Made by a program: the position numbers and the translations under genes
Assembly: GCA_026023565.1 (NCBI GenBank)
Contig: JAPETS010000010.1
Coordinates: 372,001 to 436,000, forward strand
Direction of reading: 5' to 3'
Length of the DNA: 64,000 bases
Source: Cirrosporium novae-zelandiae
Lineage: Eukaryota
The notes under the pieces: model-generated
Databases searched by the model: none
The model's input: the letters and a program-made list of their open reading frames with translations, nothing else
Told to the model about the DNA's origin: nothing
Shown: in pieces, positions 1 to 13,069 of the stretch
How positions within the stretch are numbered: the first letter of the stretch is position 1
How the letters are laid out: each line of letters starts with the position of its first letter

Positions 1-1182
1 CACATTTAGAGCACATCAAGTGTCTCACCAACACCGATACGCCTTTTGACATTGCACTCATTGGCGCGCCTTTTGATACTGCAGTATCGTATCGACCAGG
101 TGCCAGATTCGGACCCAAGGCTATCCGTGCAGCCAGCGCAAGGTGAATAGAGACCATACCTATTTTTAGAGAGAGTATGCTCATAGCATAACAGACAAAC
201 ATCTTTCCGTGGATTTAATGCCCGTGCCGGCCTGAATCCATACACCTCATGGGCAAAAATCATTGACTGTGGAGATATACCCATAACTCCCTTTGATAAT
301 GAACTAGCTCTTCGCCAAATGAGTGAAGCATATATTGAACTGGGAGCCCACCCTTCCACCAATAAAGTCGGAAAGCCGAAGCTTATTACTCTTGGGGGTG
401 ACCATAGCATTGCTCTGCCTGCGCTGAGGGCCCTGCAGAATATATACGGGCAATCAGTTGCGGTGCTGCACTTTGATTCTCATCTTGGTATTTGGTTACC
501 ATAGTCTCACACGAAAATAAACCTAACTGACTATGGGCTCCAGATACATGGCATCCTGCAAAGTATCCTTCGGTATGGGAATCTCGTCAATCGGATTTCA
601 ACCATGGAAGGTACTCGATCCACTCATTTCATGGCAACAACTATTTTGGCTGACCCATTTAGTATGTTCTGGATAGCCTCCAATGAGGGTCTTATCCTTA
701 ATGGATCATCTGTTCATGCTGGCCTCCGTACTCGTTTATCCGGTGATGGCTGGGACGACTATGAGGACGATGATCGTCAAGGATTCCTTCGAATCTCTGC
801 AGATGACATCGACGATCTCGGAACGGCTGGAATAATATCCTCTATACTTGAGCGTATTGGAACAGAAGTTCCTGTCTATCTCAGTATTGATATTGATGTT
901 ATTGACCCAGGATTGGCACCGGGAACCGGCACACCAGAACCAGGTGGGTGGACAACCAGAGAACTTATCAAAATTCTGAGAGGTATCGATAAATTGAACG
1001 TTGTTGGGGCGGACATAGTGGAAGTAGCACCTAGCTATGATGGACCAGGCGAGGTCACTGCCCTTGCCGGTGCTCAACTCGGCTTTGAGCTTATAACAAG
1101 CATTGTCAAACGTGGCATCATTGATGGTGCATTAGATGGGCTCCTGAAGCCAGAGGCTGAACCTGGGAAGGATGAGTTGTAA
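1..1182 (+). CDS. Agmatinase/guanidinobutyrase-like ureohydrolase (arginase family), 5' end outside window
   Basis: Spliced model with introns 143-194, 488-543 and 611-662. Contains [21 protein letters not shown] (DxHxD), [22 protein letters not shown] and DIVEVAP metal-site motifs. Ends ...PGKDEL*. Confidence 0.92.
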
Positions 1183-1619
1183 GGACAAAAATCCTGACAT
1201 GGAGGAAACAAACATATTTTTAGTGAAATATCCTACATATTAGCAGCCAAAAATAGGAGTTCCAAGGGTAGCAAAAGATGAGAGATTGGTCAAGACCTTT
1301 AGCCACATGGGTATGGCACTTCATTGGAAATTCTCGCTACCAAACGCGCCGGGTACTATAGAAAAAAAAATCTGTGCCCGCTAACCCCAGCACCCGACAA
1401 GAAGTTCCTTCTCCGGAACGCCTCTTAAAACCTGCCGAGCCAGATTGACAGACTGGTTCTTATCATTTAGAAATTCAAATCAAGTATCATGACCTCGATT
1501 CTCATGAGGGCAGAAGCTAACAGATAGGGTATGTGCATTGTGGAAGGTTCATTGTGGTAACCAACCACTAAGTAAACGTATCTGCATCCACTTGACACCG
1601 AGTCACGGAACGCAGATGA

Positions 1620-2532
<913 letters not shown>

Positions 2533-3977
2533 TTTGTTGTCTCCTTGAGGAGCTTTGGAAGTCATGGGGGTTACAACAGATGATGTCTGCAAGTAAGGAA
2601 GTAATGCGGATGTTTCGAAGGGAGTTCGGAAATAGTTTGCGTTGCTCGAAGGGGCGTAGATAGGTGCAATCAGCGGTGAAGTTAGGTTAGATCGAAGGCC
2701 TGAGTAAAGAAAGGCCTCTGCGTTAGGAAAGCAAAGCACGAGGCTGCTCTTGGCTTTTGGTGGTTATTCTGAATCTCTCGGAGGGGTGTTCAAGTGAAGA
2801 GAGCACTGTACTGCACGAACCTGCATACGAAACTTCAGGTCAGGGAAATGTAACTGAGAAATGCATGAAAGTGCAGTTCTTACGGAACGCGATGAAACAG
2901 TCCGACGTGTAGAACTTAGGCTGCCAAAGCAATGGAAGCTCGCCGGTAGGCTTTGTGCCTGCCAACAGCGCTCTACTTCAAATGTTGCAGACTTGAATTT
3001 GCTAAGAAGAACGAAAGCTGGAGATTGGGTGGTTTTGGAGAGCAATGGAGTAGAAAGCGAGATGGGCGCCAGAAGAGAATGAGTTAAGGTTGGTTACTTC
3101 CCTTGGAGTTGTCCGAGTTGTCTAGTAACCTAGCCTTCAGGTAATCTTCCAATCTAAAGTAGCAATCTTACATCTAATAAGTCCTTCACCCCTTTATTTT
3201 GACAAAACAAGAACATCAGAATTCACTTGGTTCCTTTATTTCACTACTACACAACCTATTCACGCGTTTCTATATATTTGATAGGTAGAGTGACATCAAC
3301 TTGCTATCTGCCTATCTATAAATTCATTTAATTGACAGCCCACTCTTTCCAGCGCTTCGCCTCTTGACTCCGTTGATACCCCCACTTCCGTCTTTACATG
3401 CCATGCCATCACAATTACCAACTATTATTTTCTATCATGTATTATTATTGGAAGAATTTCTTTTCCTTTCTGTGATTGTCATTTTGATGTAACTCTAGTG
3501 TGAGAAATCTCTTCCAGTTGCTTTCATTATCACAAACAACATTTCAGTTGCAGAGAGATAGAGAGTTATGACATGTCAGAACTAGGAACTAATATCAAAT
3601 ATACCATGCTGAGTGGCTTGTAAACAGGATTGACAGAAATTAGATGTTGCCTATAGAAATGCTAGGCTTAGGACTATATTCGCAAGTAAGAATGAACTCA
3701 TGTCAGGGTCTGCCTTTCAAAGAAACAGTCTAACAAGTTCTTGGGCCAACAAAAAGATGTCTCCTTAAACTATCTAATATACTTTACTTGCATTAGCCCT
3801 TCTAATTATCACACTAGCTACAAGCTTCTAGAGCCTCTTAATATAATGTTCAAAAAATTACCTTATTCTTTATAACGGTCTATTAGCACAGGCTGTGTCT
3901 TCAAAAGTCTCATTGTGTTTACTCTATACCTTTTAAAACGTTGCGTTCACACTCAGACAGAGTTTGAGGATACCAAG

Positions 3978-4592
3978 TCACGTCAAAGTCTCTGCTCCTC
4001 GAGTTTCAATGTGAAAGTCGTCAAACCTAACTTCAAGAGTTCCTGGATCCTTTGAAGGGCGGGCAGCGTAGACTCCGATCCAACATTCTTCGTTCTGAGA
4101 GGCCTCATCTTCAAATACCCAAGTCACCTCTCGGATGGGCAAGCGCTGATGACCATCAATTAGATAGACCCAAAGACTTACACCTTCTTTCACCATCTCC
4201 ATTGTTGCGGAAGCGCTCTGGTTTTGATCGTCTTGCATTGGAGGCCTCAAACTCCAATCTGCCCAACGGTCTGTGGCAACTGTGCTAATATGGGGCTTGC
4301 CCTCCACGAACTCAATGCCAGATTTGACCCACTTCTTAGAACCATCCGATTTCAAAACTGCAAGAAGAAGCCCCCCTTGATCATAAAGACGAACCCAATC
4401 AGCAATAACTGTTACCCTTGCTTTGACGAATGTATTGAGAGGTATAATTCTATGGCGAATGGGTGCGTTGAAAACATCTAGCGAAGGTGGTTTTCGCCAG
4501 ATATCTGTGTCCGGGGATGTCTGTATTGCAAATGACCGAGGTATTTCTTCAGTAACCGGTCCAACGTGGTTTGCAAACATTAGGTCGGGCAT
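3978..4592 (-). CDS. DUF1349 family protein (REE1-like, concanavalin-like fold)
   Basis: Single-exon ORF from ATG 4592 with TDIWRKPP, YDQGGL, KWVKSGIEF, DRWADWS and PIREVTW motifs typical of DUF1349. Confidence 0.82.
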   Translation of the reverse strand: MPDLMFANHVGPVTEEIPRSFAIQTSPDTDIWRKPPSLDVFNAPIRHRIIPLNTFVKARVTVIADWVRLYDQGGLLLAVLKSDGSKKWVKSGIEFVEGKPHISTVATDRWADWSLRPPMQDDQNQSASATMEMVKEGVSLWVYLIDGHQRLPIREVTWVFEDEASQNEECWIGVYAARPSKDPGTLEVRFDDFHIETRGAETLT

Positions 4593-5268
4593 GATGAAAC
4601 GATTAAGAGCTCTGAGGTTGACGGTATGGGGTCTAGGATTATATTTCAAAGGGTCAGCGCCCTATCATTGACGGTAATTTTGCCTACTGAACAAGATAAA
4701 ACATTATAGCTGTAAAATGGCACGATACAAAGCTGAGAACATATTTTCATCGACCCAATTTCTCCGGGATTAGATATGTATAGTAAATGGTAGCAATTCA
4801 AACGATTAGATAAGGCTTGAAATATAGATAATATACCTCCAACTCTGGTAGCCTTATATTCCCTATGCAATAAAAAAGGTATTCTGTAAATAATTATCGT
4901 TATTCTGAAGGTTGACTTTGAAGTTGTTAAGATGAATCACTCAAATTGAGAGTTTTATAATTACCTAAGTATTTATGGTACCTGACTTTATTCGCGATGT
5001 TATAATGCCGAGTGCACGGACCTTCCGTTGGATCTACTTACTATTGTGGGCTCAAACCTGCAAACGAACTACTACTCGGCAGTTAGTTACACTCAGCTTG
5101 GGTAGCAAGAACTGATCATAGTTTGATGGACTTTCTCAATATTGCCTTATATTTTATAAGTTAGAATACGAGATAGAGAAATCTCTTAGTTCTGGTTGTG
5201 ACCTCCAAGATTCCTGGAGGAGCATTACCATCAACTTTGCCCCCATCTATCAAACACAAGCAAATACA

Positions 5269-6716
5269 ATGACGACAGCGGGGAACAATAAAAAGAGTTG
5301 GTTTCCCCTAAAGGTCTTTGGTTATTTCATATATTGATGCTTAACTGACTTTTATAATATCTAGGCAAGCCAACTTCGTCGTTGGAGATGGAACGAGAAG
5401 AGACAGGCTTTGTCCAAGCCTCCGGCTTTCAGCACAGTCCAGAAGATCTACGACCTATTGTGAAGTTCAAGATTAAGGACATCAGTATGTATTTACTCGG
5501 AGGAGTTTGGGATAATCTCTCAGACAACCTTACACAAAACTAGTATTAACTTCTCTGGTATTTAGAAACAAAAGGAGACTCCGATATCGATGATTCCGAC
5601 TCCAGTTCCGATATTATTAATGGCCTCGATGATGAAACCCTTGCTGCATATCCAACTGGTAGACCTTTGTTCGATAAAGTCCAATACATAGAGTGCAAAC
5701 ATTGCAAAAGAACGTTAGTCAAGGAGACCGCTGGGCCTCACATCAAAGGATGCGTGAAAGCCAAACAGGAGAAGGCCAGAAAGAAGAAAGAGGCAAAAGA
5801 AGCTCGTGAAGCTGCTCGGGCAAAAGAAAAGGCTGCTGAGGGCGACGACGATGATGGGGATAATGTCAAATTATCAGGTGAATCATTTCCTAGGGTTGGG
5901 GGAGCCGCAAAGAAAAGCGCAGCTAAAAGTGCTTCTGATAATGGCCCGAAAAAGAGTAAAAAAAGGAAAGCTGATGGAGAAGGTGATAAAGAACCGAAGA
6001 AGAAGAAAACAAAGAAGGAGGAACCAAAGGCCAAGGTCGCCAAACCGAAAGGACCTGTGGATGTTGAAAAGCAATGCGGTGTTCTTCTCCCAAATGGCGC
6101 TATGTGTGCGCGGTCATTGACCTGCAAAAGTCATTCTATGGGGGCAAAGAGGGCGGTTCCGGGACGATCGTTACCTTACGATATGTTACTTCAAGCTTAC
6201 CAGAAGAAGAACCAGGCTCGCCAACAAAGTAAGCTCATATGCTGTTTAAATATTCAACATCAATTGCTAATAATTGCTATAGAGGCTGCTATAGATGCAA
6301 ATGCACCACTGCAGGATGACTTCGAAAACTCTGGTCCTATTGATTCTGACGAAGAAACCGATGCGATAATGGCAGCGATTGCTCATGTCAAGTCTCGGCC
6401 TTTAGAGCAAGCTAGAATGATCCCTTGCCGACGGAAATACCAATATGTCCGCATGAAGGAGATGCTCTCTAGTGCTCTTTCAGGATATCGAGGTGATGGA
6501 CTCTTTTCGGCCGCAAATCAAGACCACCAAGGTTATGGCTACACTAACAACATTATGGGGTCTCCAATTGGGAACGCAAACACTGAAGTGAACGGGATAT
6601 CTGCTGGAGAGCACAATCGAAAGTCATCACTAGCACAACAAGCAATGGGACGGGCCATGCATTCAGCGCAGGCATCAATGTCACGAAAAGCCTCTACAGC
6701 AGGAGCTACTGGATGA
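5269..6716 (+). CDS. SGF73: SAGA deubiquitinase-module subunit Sgf73 (ataxin-7/SCA7 domain)
   Basis: N-terminal CKHCKR...HIKGC zinc finger and SCA7 motif GPVDVEKQCGVLLPNGAMCARSLTCKSHSMGAKRAVPGRS. Introns ~5297-5364, ~5485-5565, 6229-6282. Confidence 0.93.
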
Positions 6717-7477
6717 TTCATCCCCCTAGATGATGCTTGCTCAATCTTGGGCGACCTATGAAAACTTGGGGGGCTTTACGGGAATGGTCACTACCGCCGT
6801 TACAGTTACGGAGTCAGTCATGTTAATAATGCTATGATTTATGGAGTTCAAGGGAAATGGGTTGTAAGATACTGGGAGGGCTTTTTATGCGACTGTCTTT
6901 TGCTCCCATTATGAGGAGCATGTGATACCCAGTTACGCTGGCAGCCAGCAATGAGACATGACCTAGGCGGTTGGGGATTTTTCTTCATTTTGCTGCTAAA
7001 CATCGCTCAGCTATTATCAATGCAGATAAGTACTATGCGGTGATCAATAAGAACTTTTACTCTGTTCGAAAGCGATAATGCTACCAAGACTAGCTTTCTT
7101 TCTATCGCAAGATCAGTATTCGTTTAATATTAAATATATGCTATCGTAAAAAAGATGTTGTGCTATAGTAAGTAACCTATAGGTCTGGATCCAGTCGCTA
7201 TCATCTGGGCCGTTAGTCATTAGTATAATGTACTGTTTCTAAAAAGTACTTGCATCCCGACCGTCGGTTCACTCTATCATAGTGTCATTAGTTCCTGGCT
7301 TGGACTTTACCTACACACGTGCTACAGTAGCTCGGTTCTATCCAGAGCCGATACTATATCTCTAGCCGAACCAATTACCATGGTCTTCCTATGCGGCTCT
7401 TGCTGAAGCTTGAAGCTCTCCAAAAATCATCAGCGTTCTCTTGATATTTTGCTGTCAAGTCCACCAAATATATCAAA

Positions 7478-8632
7478 ATGCCTGGCAAAACTCCCGAGAT
7501 ACCTGGCGTAAAGGCTGAGCGAAGTCTTGCTGAAGAATTTCGCAGAGAAGTTGCAAATCTTCTAGGCCGTTCACAGCTTACCTTTCCAGGAGCTCAGCCA
7601 GTCAGTTTTGCACGCAGACATATTCAAGACGAACTCCTTCAGCGTGATTACTATGTTTGCGAAAAATCGGATGGCATTCGATGCCTACTTTTTTGCACCT
7701 CCGACGGCCCAGGTAACGAGATACACTATCTGATCGATCGAAAAAACGACTACTACTATGTTCAGAACCTACACTTTCCTTTACCTGAAGATCGCGTGGA
7801 ATTCCACGAACGTACTCTTTTTGATGGAGAACTTGTTATGGACAAAACCCAGAATGGAGGATATCAACTAAAATATCTCGTCTTTGATTGTATGCTGTAT
7901 AGAGGGGACAGTCTGATGCAGCGGCCACTTGACAAACGGCTGGCTTACTTCAAAGAGTATGTCTTGAAACCTTACCATAAACTCTATAGAGAATTTCCGG
8001 ACGAAATCCAGTTCCTTCCTTTTATCATTGAGGACAAGAAAGTACATTTCAGCTATGGTATTGAAGACATGTTTCGACTCGTACTTCCAAACCTTCCGCA
8101 TGGCAACGATGGCCTAATATTTACCTGCCGAGAGACTGCATACAAATTCGGCACTGACGAGCATATCCTGAAATGGAAACCTCAAAACGAGAACTCCATC
8201 GACTTCCTCCTGAGTCTTGAGTTCCCCGAGATCCAGCCAGACTCAGAAGATGAAGCGAATGGCATTACGGAACCGTATTCTGACTACACTGCTATGCCAA
8301 ATTTCGGACTATATGTCATGCATGAAAAAAATGATTTCAGGCGATATTCGGAAATGTTTATGGAGGATGCGGAATGGGAAGCTATGAAGGCTAAAAATGA
8401 GCCACTTGACGAAGCCATCGTTGAATGCTATATGGACAATAAGAATAGGTGGAGATTTCTTCGGATTAGGACAGACAAAGACTTTCCAAACTTCATCTCT
8501 ACTGTTCAGAGTGTTATAGAAAGCATACAGGACAAGGTCTCAGAAGGAGAACTAGTTCATGCCTCTAGAGACATCAGGGCTAGCTGGAAGCAGCGGCAAA
8601 CGAAAAGAGAACAAAGTCAGAGGAAACAGTAA
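7478..8632 (+). CDS. CEG1: mRNA capping enzyme alpha subunit (guanylyltransferase)
   Basis: Intronless 384-aa ORF with FPGAQPVSF, active-site CEKSDGIR (KxDG), FDGELV, YLVFD, DGLIF and LKWKP nucleotidyltransferase motifs. Confidence 0.96.
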   Translation: MPGKTPEIPGVKAERSLAEEFRREVANLLGRSQLTFPGAQPVSFARRHIQDELLQRDYYVCEKSDGIRCLLFCTSDGPGNEIHYLIDRKNDYYYVQNLHFPLPEDRVEFHERTLFDGELVMDKTQNGGYQLKYLVFDCMLYRGDSLMQRPLDKRLAYFKEYVLKPYHKLYREFPDEIQFLPFIIEDKKVHFSYGIEDMFRLVLPNLPHGNDGLIFTCRETAYKFGTDEHILKWKPQNENSIDFLLSLEFPEIQPDSEDEANGITEPYSDYTAMPNFGLYVMHEKNDFRRYSEMFMEDAEWEAMKAKNEPLDEAIVECYMDNKNRWRFLRIRTDKDFPNFISTVQSVIESIQDKVSEGELVHASRDIRASWKQRQTKREQSQRKQ

Positions 8633-8894
8633 TATTATCGCAATGATGGGAGTTTGGTAATAGGAATCTTGAAGGATAGGCTTTTGGGTTGGTGTTAAAG
8701 TGATTCGTCTCATAACTTGGGGTTAGAAGATATTTATTGGAATGGTCTAAAGGCCAACGTTCACGAGAATTTATTAATTTAATGATTATGATGATACCAT
8801 AATAAGGTATAACGATTATCAACTAAAAAAGTAAATGCATTTATGGCCAAGTTCCATAGAGTATTTCTGGTCTCTCAAGGTTCTATCTAGGTAA

Positions 8895-8960
8895 TCGCGT
8901 AATCCTACAGCTAATTTACACGGGGTACGCGAAGCATGAAGCATCGCGTCATTGACGCGG
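8895..8960. promoter_or_regulatory. Cluster of four MCB-like CGCG elements upstream of DNA ligase I
   Basis: TCGCGT 8895, ACGCGA 8927, TCGCGT 8944 and ACGCGG 8955 lie within 66 bp. MCB elements drive G1/S expression of replication genes such as CDC9 in yeasts. Confidence 0.55.
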
Positions 8961-9102
8961 CTCTCAAGAGAAATCAAGGTTACTATTACTTGGTAGCGGC
9001 ATACACCAACACAGCTGCTATTGTCAGCTCTAGCTTCGATTAGGAGCATTTTAGAGCCTCACTTGCTGCTTTCTACTTGGTGAAATCTCATTATATCAAG
9101 GC

Positions 9103-12100
9103 ATGAATACAAGGCTCCAACAGCTTCAAGCACTACTAATATGTCACAAAAAAACTATCACTCTAACCTTTAATCAGTTCCGGAGAGTTACAGCAAAGGA
9201 ATACATATATTGTGAAGCTCATCTACAGGTTCGTACAGTTTTCACAAGCGCCAGTTTGTCCGACAGGAATAGAAACGATATGCCTCCAAAACAGGCAACA
9301 TTGGGGTATGTTAAATCCTCTCAACAAACCTTAGGGTGCGAAGCGATTTTGTCATTTAATATTTAGACATCTCAATACTAAGAACCTTTAATCTAGCAAA
9401 TTCTTCGGAAAGCCCAATAGTACCAAAGCTCAACCACGACAAACTACATTGACGTTTAACAAACCCAAGAGGAACAAAAATATACAAAATGATGAATGTC
9501 AACCCGAAGAGGAGGTCAACGAGTCGGCAACCAGACCCTCGAAGCCCGAGGACACTCCTATGTCGAACGGTGTTGATAGTAAGCTAAATCCAATACTCCC
9601 GTCAATTTCGCTGTGGTTTTAGGCCATTGTCGCATCACTGTCACTGGCTTGGAATCTACATGACTGATTCATACTAAAGACATGAAATCGGAACCTTCAT
9701 CGCCGCAGTCGGAATTATCGGATGGTGGGAAGAGACGTAAGAGAGACGTAAAGGAGGAGCCATCGAGCGAAGAGGATTCGGAACCTGTGATTAAAAGACG
9801 ACGAAGGAATGACAAAGCCTCACCAAAAGGCAAAGCTAAGACCAAAGTAGTTGCACAGCAAGAGGAGGAAACGGGTACTATTAAGAAGAGCAAAGATGGA
9901 AAGGCTACGAACGCTTTAGCGGATAAAGCGAGCAAGTCCAAGAAAAAGAAGAGCCCAGAGCCGGAGCAGGCAAAATCCCCATCTCCAGCTGCCGTAGCAA
10001 GTAAACAAGGTGTTTCAGGGCAGAGTGCTGAAGAATCTGTCTCTGAGCCGGATGACGAAGCTGAATCGGAGGCTGAGGAAAAGCCCGAAGTGGTTGCAAA
10101 GACTCGAAAGAAGGTCCAGTCTGTACTTAAGGGAAGTAAGAGTGACCCGTATCCGGATTGGAAAGCTAGCGATCCAGTTCCTTATGCAGCTCTCTGCGCC
10201 ACGTTCTCACTCATTGAGATGACATCGAAACGACTTGAAATAAGCGCCCTTTGTGCAGCTTTTTTGCGTCAAGTTTTACGTTTGACACCCGAGGATCTCC
10301 TACTAACGGTCCAGCTCATGATTAACAAATTAGCTGCGGATTACGCTGGGATCGAATTAGGCATTGGGGAATCATTGATCATGAAGGCTATTGGTGAATC
10401 AACTGGGCGAAGTCTTCAAGTAATCAAGGCAGATCAACATCAAATAGGAGATTTGGGATTAGTAGCTGCAAAAAGCAGATCGAATCAACCAACGATGTTC
10501 AAGCCTAAACCCTTGACAGTTCGGGGTGTTCACGAAGGACTAATGGGCATTGCAACCACTCAGGGCGAAGGAGCTCAAGCCAGAAAGGTTGGAGGTATTA
10601 AGAAACTACTATCTGCGGCTGATGCTGGTTCTACAGGGAGAGTTGATATTAATAAGAACAAAGGTGGCCCGAGTGAAGCGAAGTACATTGTTCGTTTCCT
10701 TGAAGGCAAATTAAGACTAGGTCTTGCTGAAAAGACTGTTATCGTTGCCCTGGCACAAGCTATGGTTGCTCATGAGATTTCACAGAAGGGCGATAAGGTA
10801 CCTTCAACGGAACAGTTTGCCAAGGGTGAGACAATCCTCAAGCAGGTTCATAGGTTTGTCCTTCTCTATACTTAATAATTAAGACATGATACTAATATAA
10901 ACAGCGAGCTCCCAAGCTATGAGGTTATCATCCCAGCCATGCTTAAACATGGTATCTTCAACCTACCTAAGAATTGCAAGTTGCAACCTGGTGTGCCACT
11001 GAAGCCTATGCTGGCTAAGCCTACAAAATCCATCACCGAAGTCCTTGACCGATTTGAAGGCAAGGACTTCACTTGTGAGTACAAGTATGATGGAGAGCGT
11101 GCTCAGATCCATTATATCTCTTCAGATACATTAGATCAATACCCGATCAACAAGTCGACAATTGGAGTGACAAAGAACGGGCTTGCTGCTATCTTCTCCC
11201 GAAATTCCGAAGATCTCTCAAAAAAATACCCAGACATCCTCGCCAAACTTAGTGCGTGGATCAAGCCTGAAACGAAAAGCTTCGTCTTGGACTGTGAGAC
11301 GGTGGCCTGGGATGTTGAAGAGAAAAAGGTGCTCCCCTTCCAGCACTTGATGACGAGGAAGCGGAAAGATGTCAAGGTCGAGGATGTGAAAGTCAAAGTG
11401 TGTGTGTTTGCTTTCGATCTCTTATTCCTGAATGGCGAGGTAAGTTCTACACGACAATTAGAACATTATGCAGACAAAAATATACTAATAACACCATAGT
11501 CGATCGTAAAGAAAACGCTCCGTGAACGCAGAGAACTTCTACAGAGCTCATTCACACCCACAGAAGGCGAATTCTCATTCGCCTCGTTCGGCAACACCAA
11601 CAATCTAGATGAAATCCAGACGCTCCTAGACGAGAGTATCAAGGCCTCGTGCGAGGGTCTCATGGTCAAAATGCTCGACACCTGCGAGAGCGGCTACGAG
11701 CCCAGCAAGCGCAGCCGCAACTGGCTCAAAGTAAAAAAAGACTACCTCGCCGGCATCGGCGACTCCCTCGACCTCGTCGTCCTGGGAGCCTACTTCGGCC
11801 GCGGCAAGCGCACCTCCGTCTACGGCGCTTTCCTCCTCGCCTCGTACAACGAATCTACCCAAAACTACGAAACCGTCTGCAACATCGGCACCGGCTTCTC
11901 CGAGGCCATCCTCGAGCAGCTTTACTCCCAGCTCGCTGACTTCGTCATCGACAAGGCCAAACCCTTCTACGCCCATTCCGTCGTCACAAAGGATCAGCCG
12001 GACGTATGGTTCGAACCCAAATTCGTCTGGGAGGTCAAGACCGCCGATCTGACGCTGAGTCCGCGGTACAAGGCCGCCGCGGACTCCACCAAGGATGGAA

Positions 12101-12258
12101 AAGGTATCAGCTTGAGGTTTCCGAGATTTATCAAACAGAGGGATGACAAGAAACCAGATGAGGCTACGAGTAGCCGCCAGGTGCTAGAAATGTATCAGCA
12201 GCAAGAGGTCATGACGAAGAATCATGGACCCAGTGTGGATGATGATTTCGAGTATTGA
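9103..12258 (+). CDS. CDC9: DNA ligase I (ATP-dependent), in-frame starts at 9103 and 9280
   Basis: PIP-like QQTLGKFF across intron 1, GIELGIGE, active-site CEYKYDGERAQIH, CEGLMVK, WLKVKKDY, SLRFPRF. Introns 9336(or 9306)-9396, 9579-9679, 10854-10904, 11440-11499. Confidence 0.97.
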
Positions 12259-12281
12259 TTGAAAAGTCACTTACTTGCCTG

Positions 12282-12341
12282 GCGAGTTATCGAGTTATCG
12301 AGTTGAGCAAGAAGAGGTGTAGGTGTAGGTGTAGGTGTAGG
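12282..12341. repeat. Short tandem repeats (CGAGTTAT)x~3 and (GGTGTA)x4 in ligase 3' flank
   Basis: Direct reading: cgagttatcgagttatcgagtt and ggtgtaggtgtaggtgtaggtgtagg. Confidence 0.8.
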
Positions 12342-13069
12342 AGCGCGTATATATGAATTAGATATATCAATTGTTGACATGAAAAACAAGGAATTTGAGA
12401 CGAATATTCGTCTCCTCCTTCCTCCTGGCAAGAATAATTAGACTGGTGATGCTGCGAGCGTTTTGTTACGTACGGTCCATCTAACTACTAAAAGAAAAAT
12501 ATTTAGCATAAAGAAATAGTTCGTGAATACTCTAGGATCCTTGTAAGTCCGAATGATCGATCCATCATCCAACGTTTCTCTTTTTTTTTTTTTTTAACTT
12601 CTCTTAGAAACAACCAATAGACATATAATTTGAATCATAGCAACAGCAGTAGCAGCAGCAATAAAAGCAGCAACAACAAAACCCTTTTCAGTAGCGGTAG
12701 TAGTAGTAACCATTTCGATACGGTACATATACATACTTTTTTACTTCCAGAAACCTTATATAATAATCCTACAAAAGCCAAAAACAAAGCAAGAAAGTTC
12801 AAAAACCAACAAGAAAAAAAAAGACCCCCCCATCCCCTCCTTTCCCACTCTTTCCCTTCCCTTAATGCTTACCCATAATACCCGTTCCCTATTTCCCAAG
12901 AAGGCCTCGATATCCTCCCCCAATCCATGAAGAGCGGTATAACAAAATAGATATATATATATATACGTGCTGATTTGAAGCAAGGTTAGGGTGTAGGTTT
13001 GGTTTGGTTTGGTTTGTTAATACACCAATATCAATATCAGTGAGAGTAAAGAGTCCCTGGTTGTAATCA

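Noticed and set aside
3640..3900. TpA-rich stretch suggestive of a RIP-degraded repeat
   Set aside because: No terminal repeats, second copy or residual coding similarity visible. Needs RIP-index computation and repeat masking.
11626..11976. Antisense and alternate-frame ORFs inside the ligase 3' exon
   Set aside because: Explained by high GC3 suppressing stop codons. No independent motifs.
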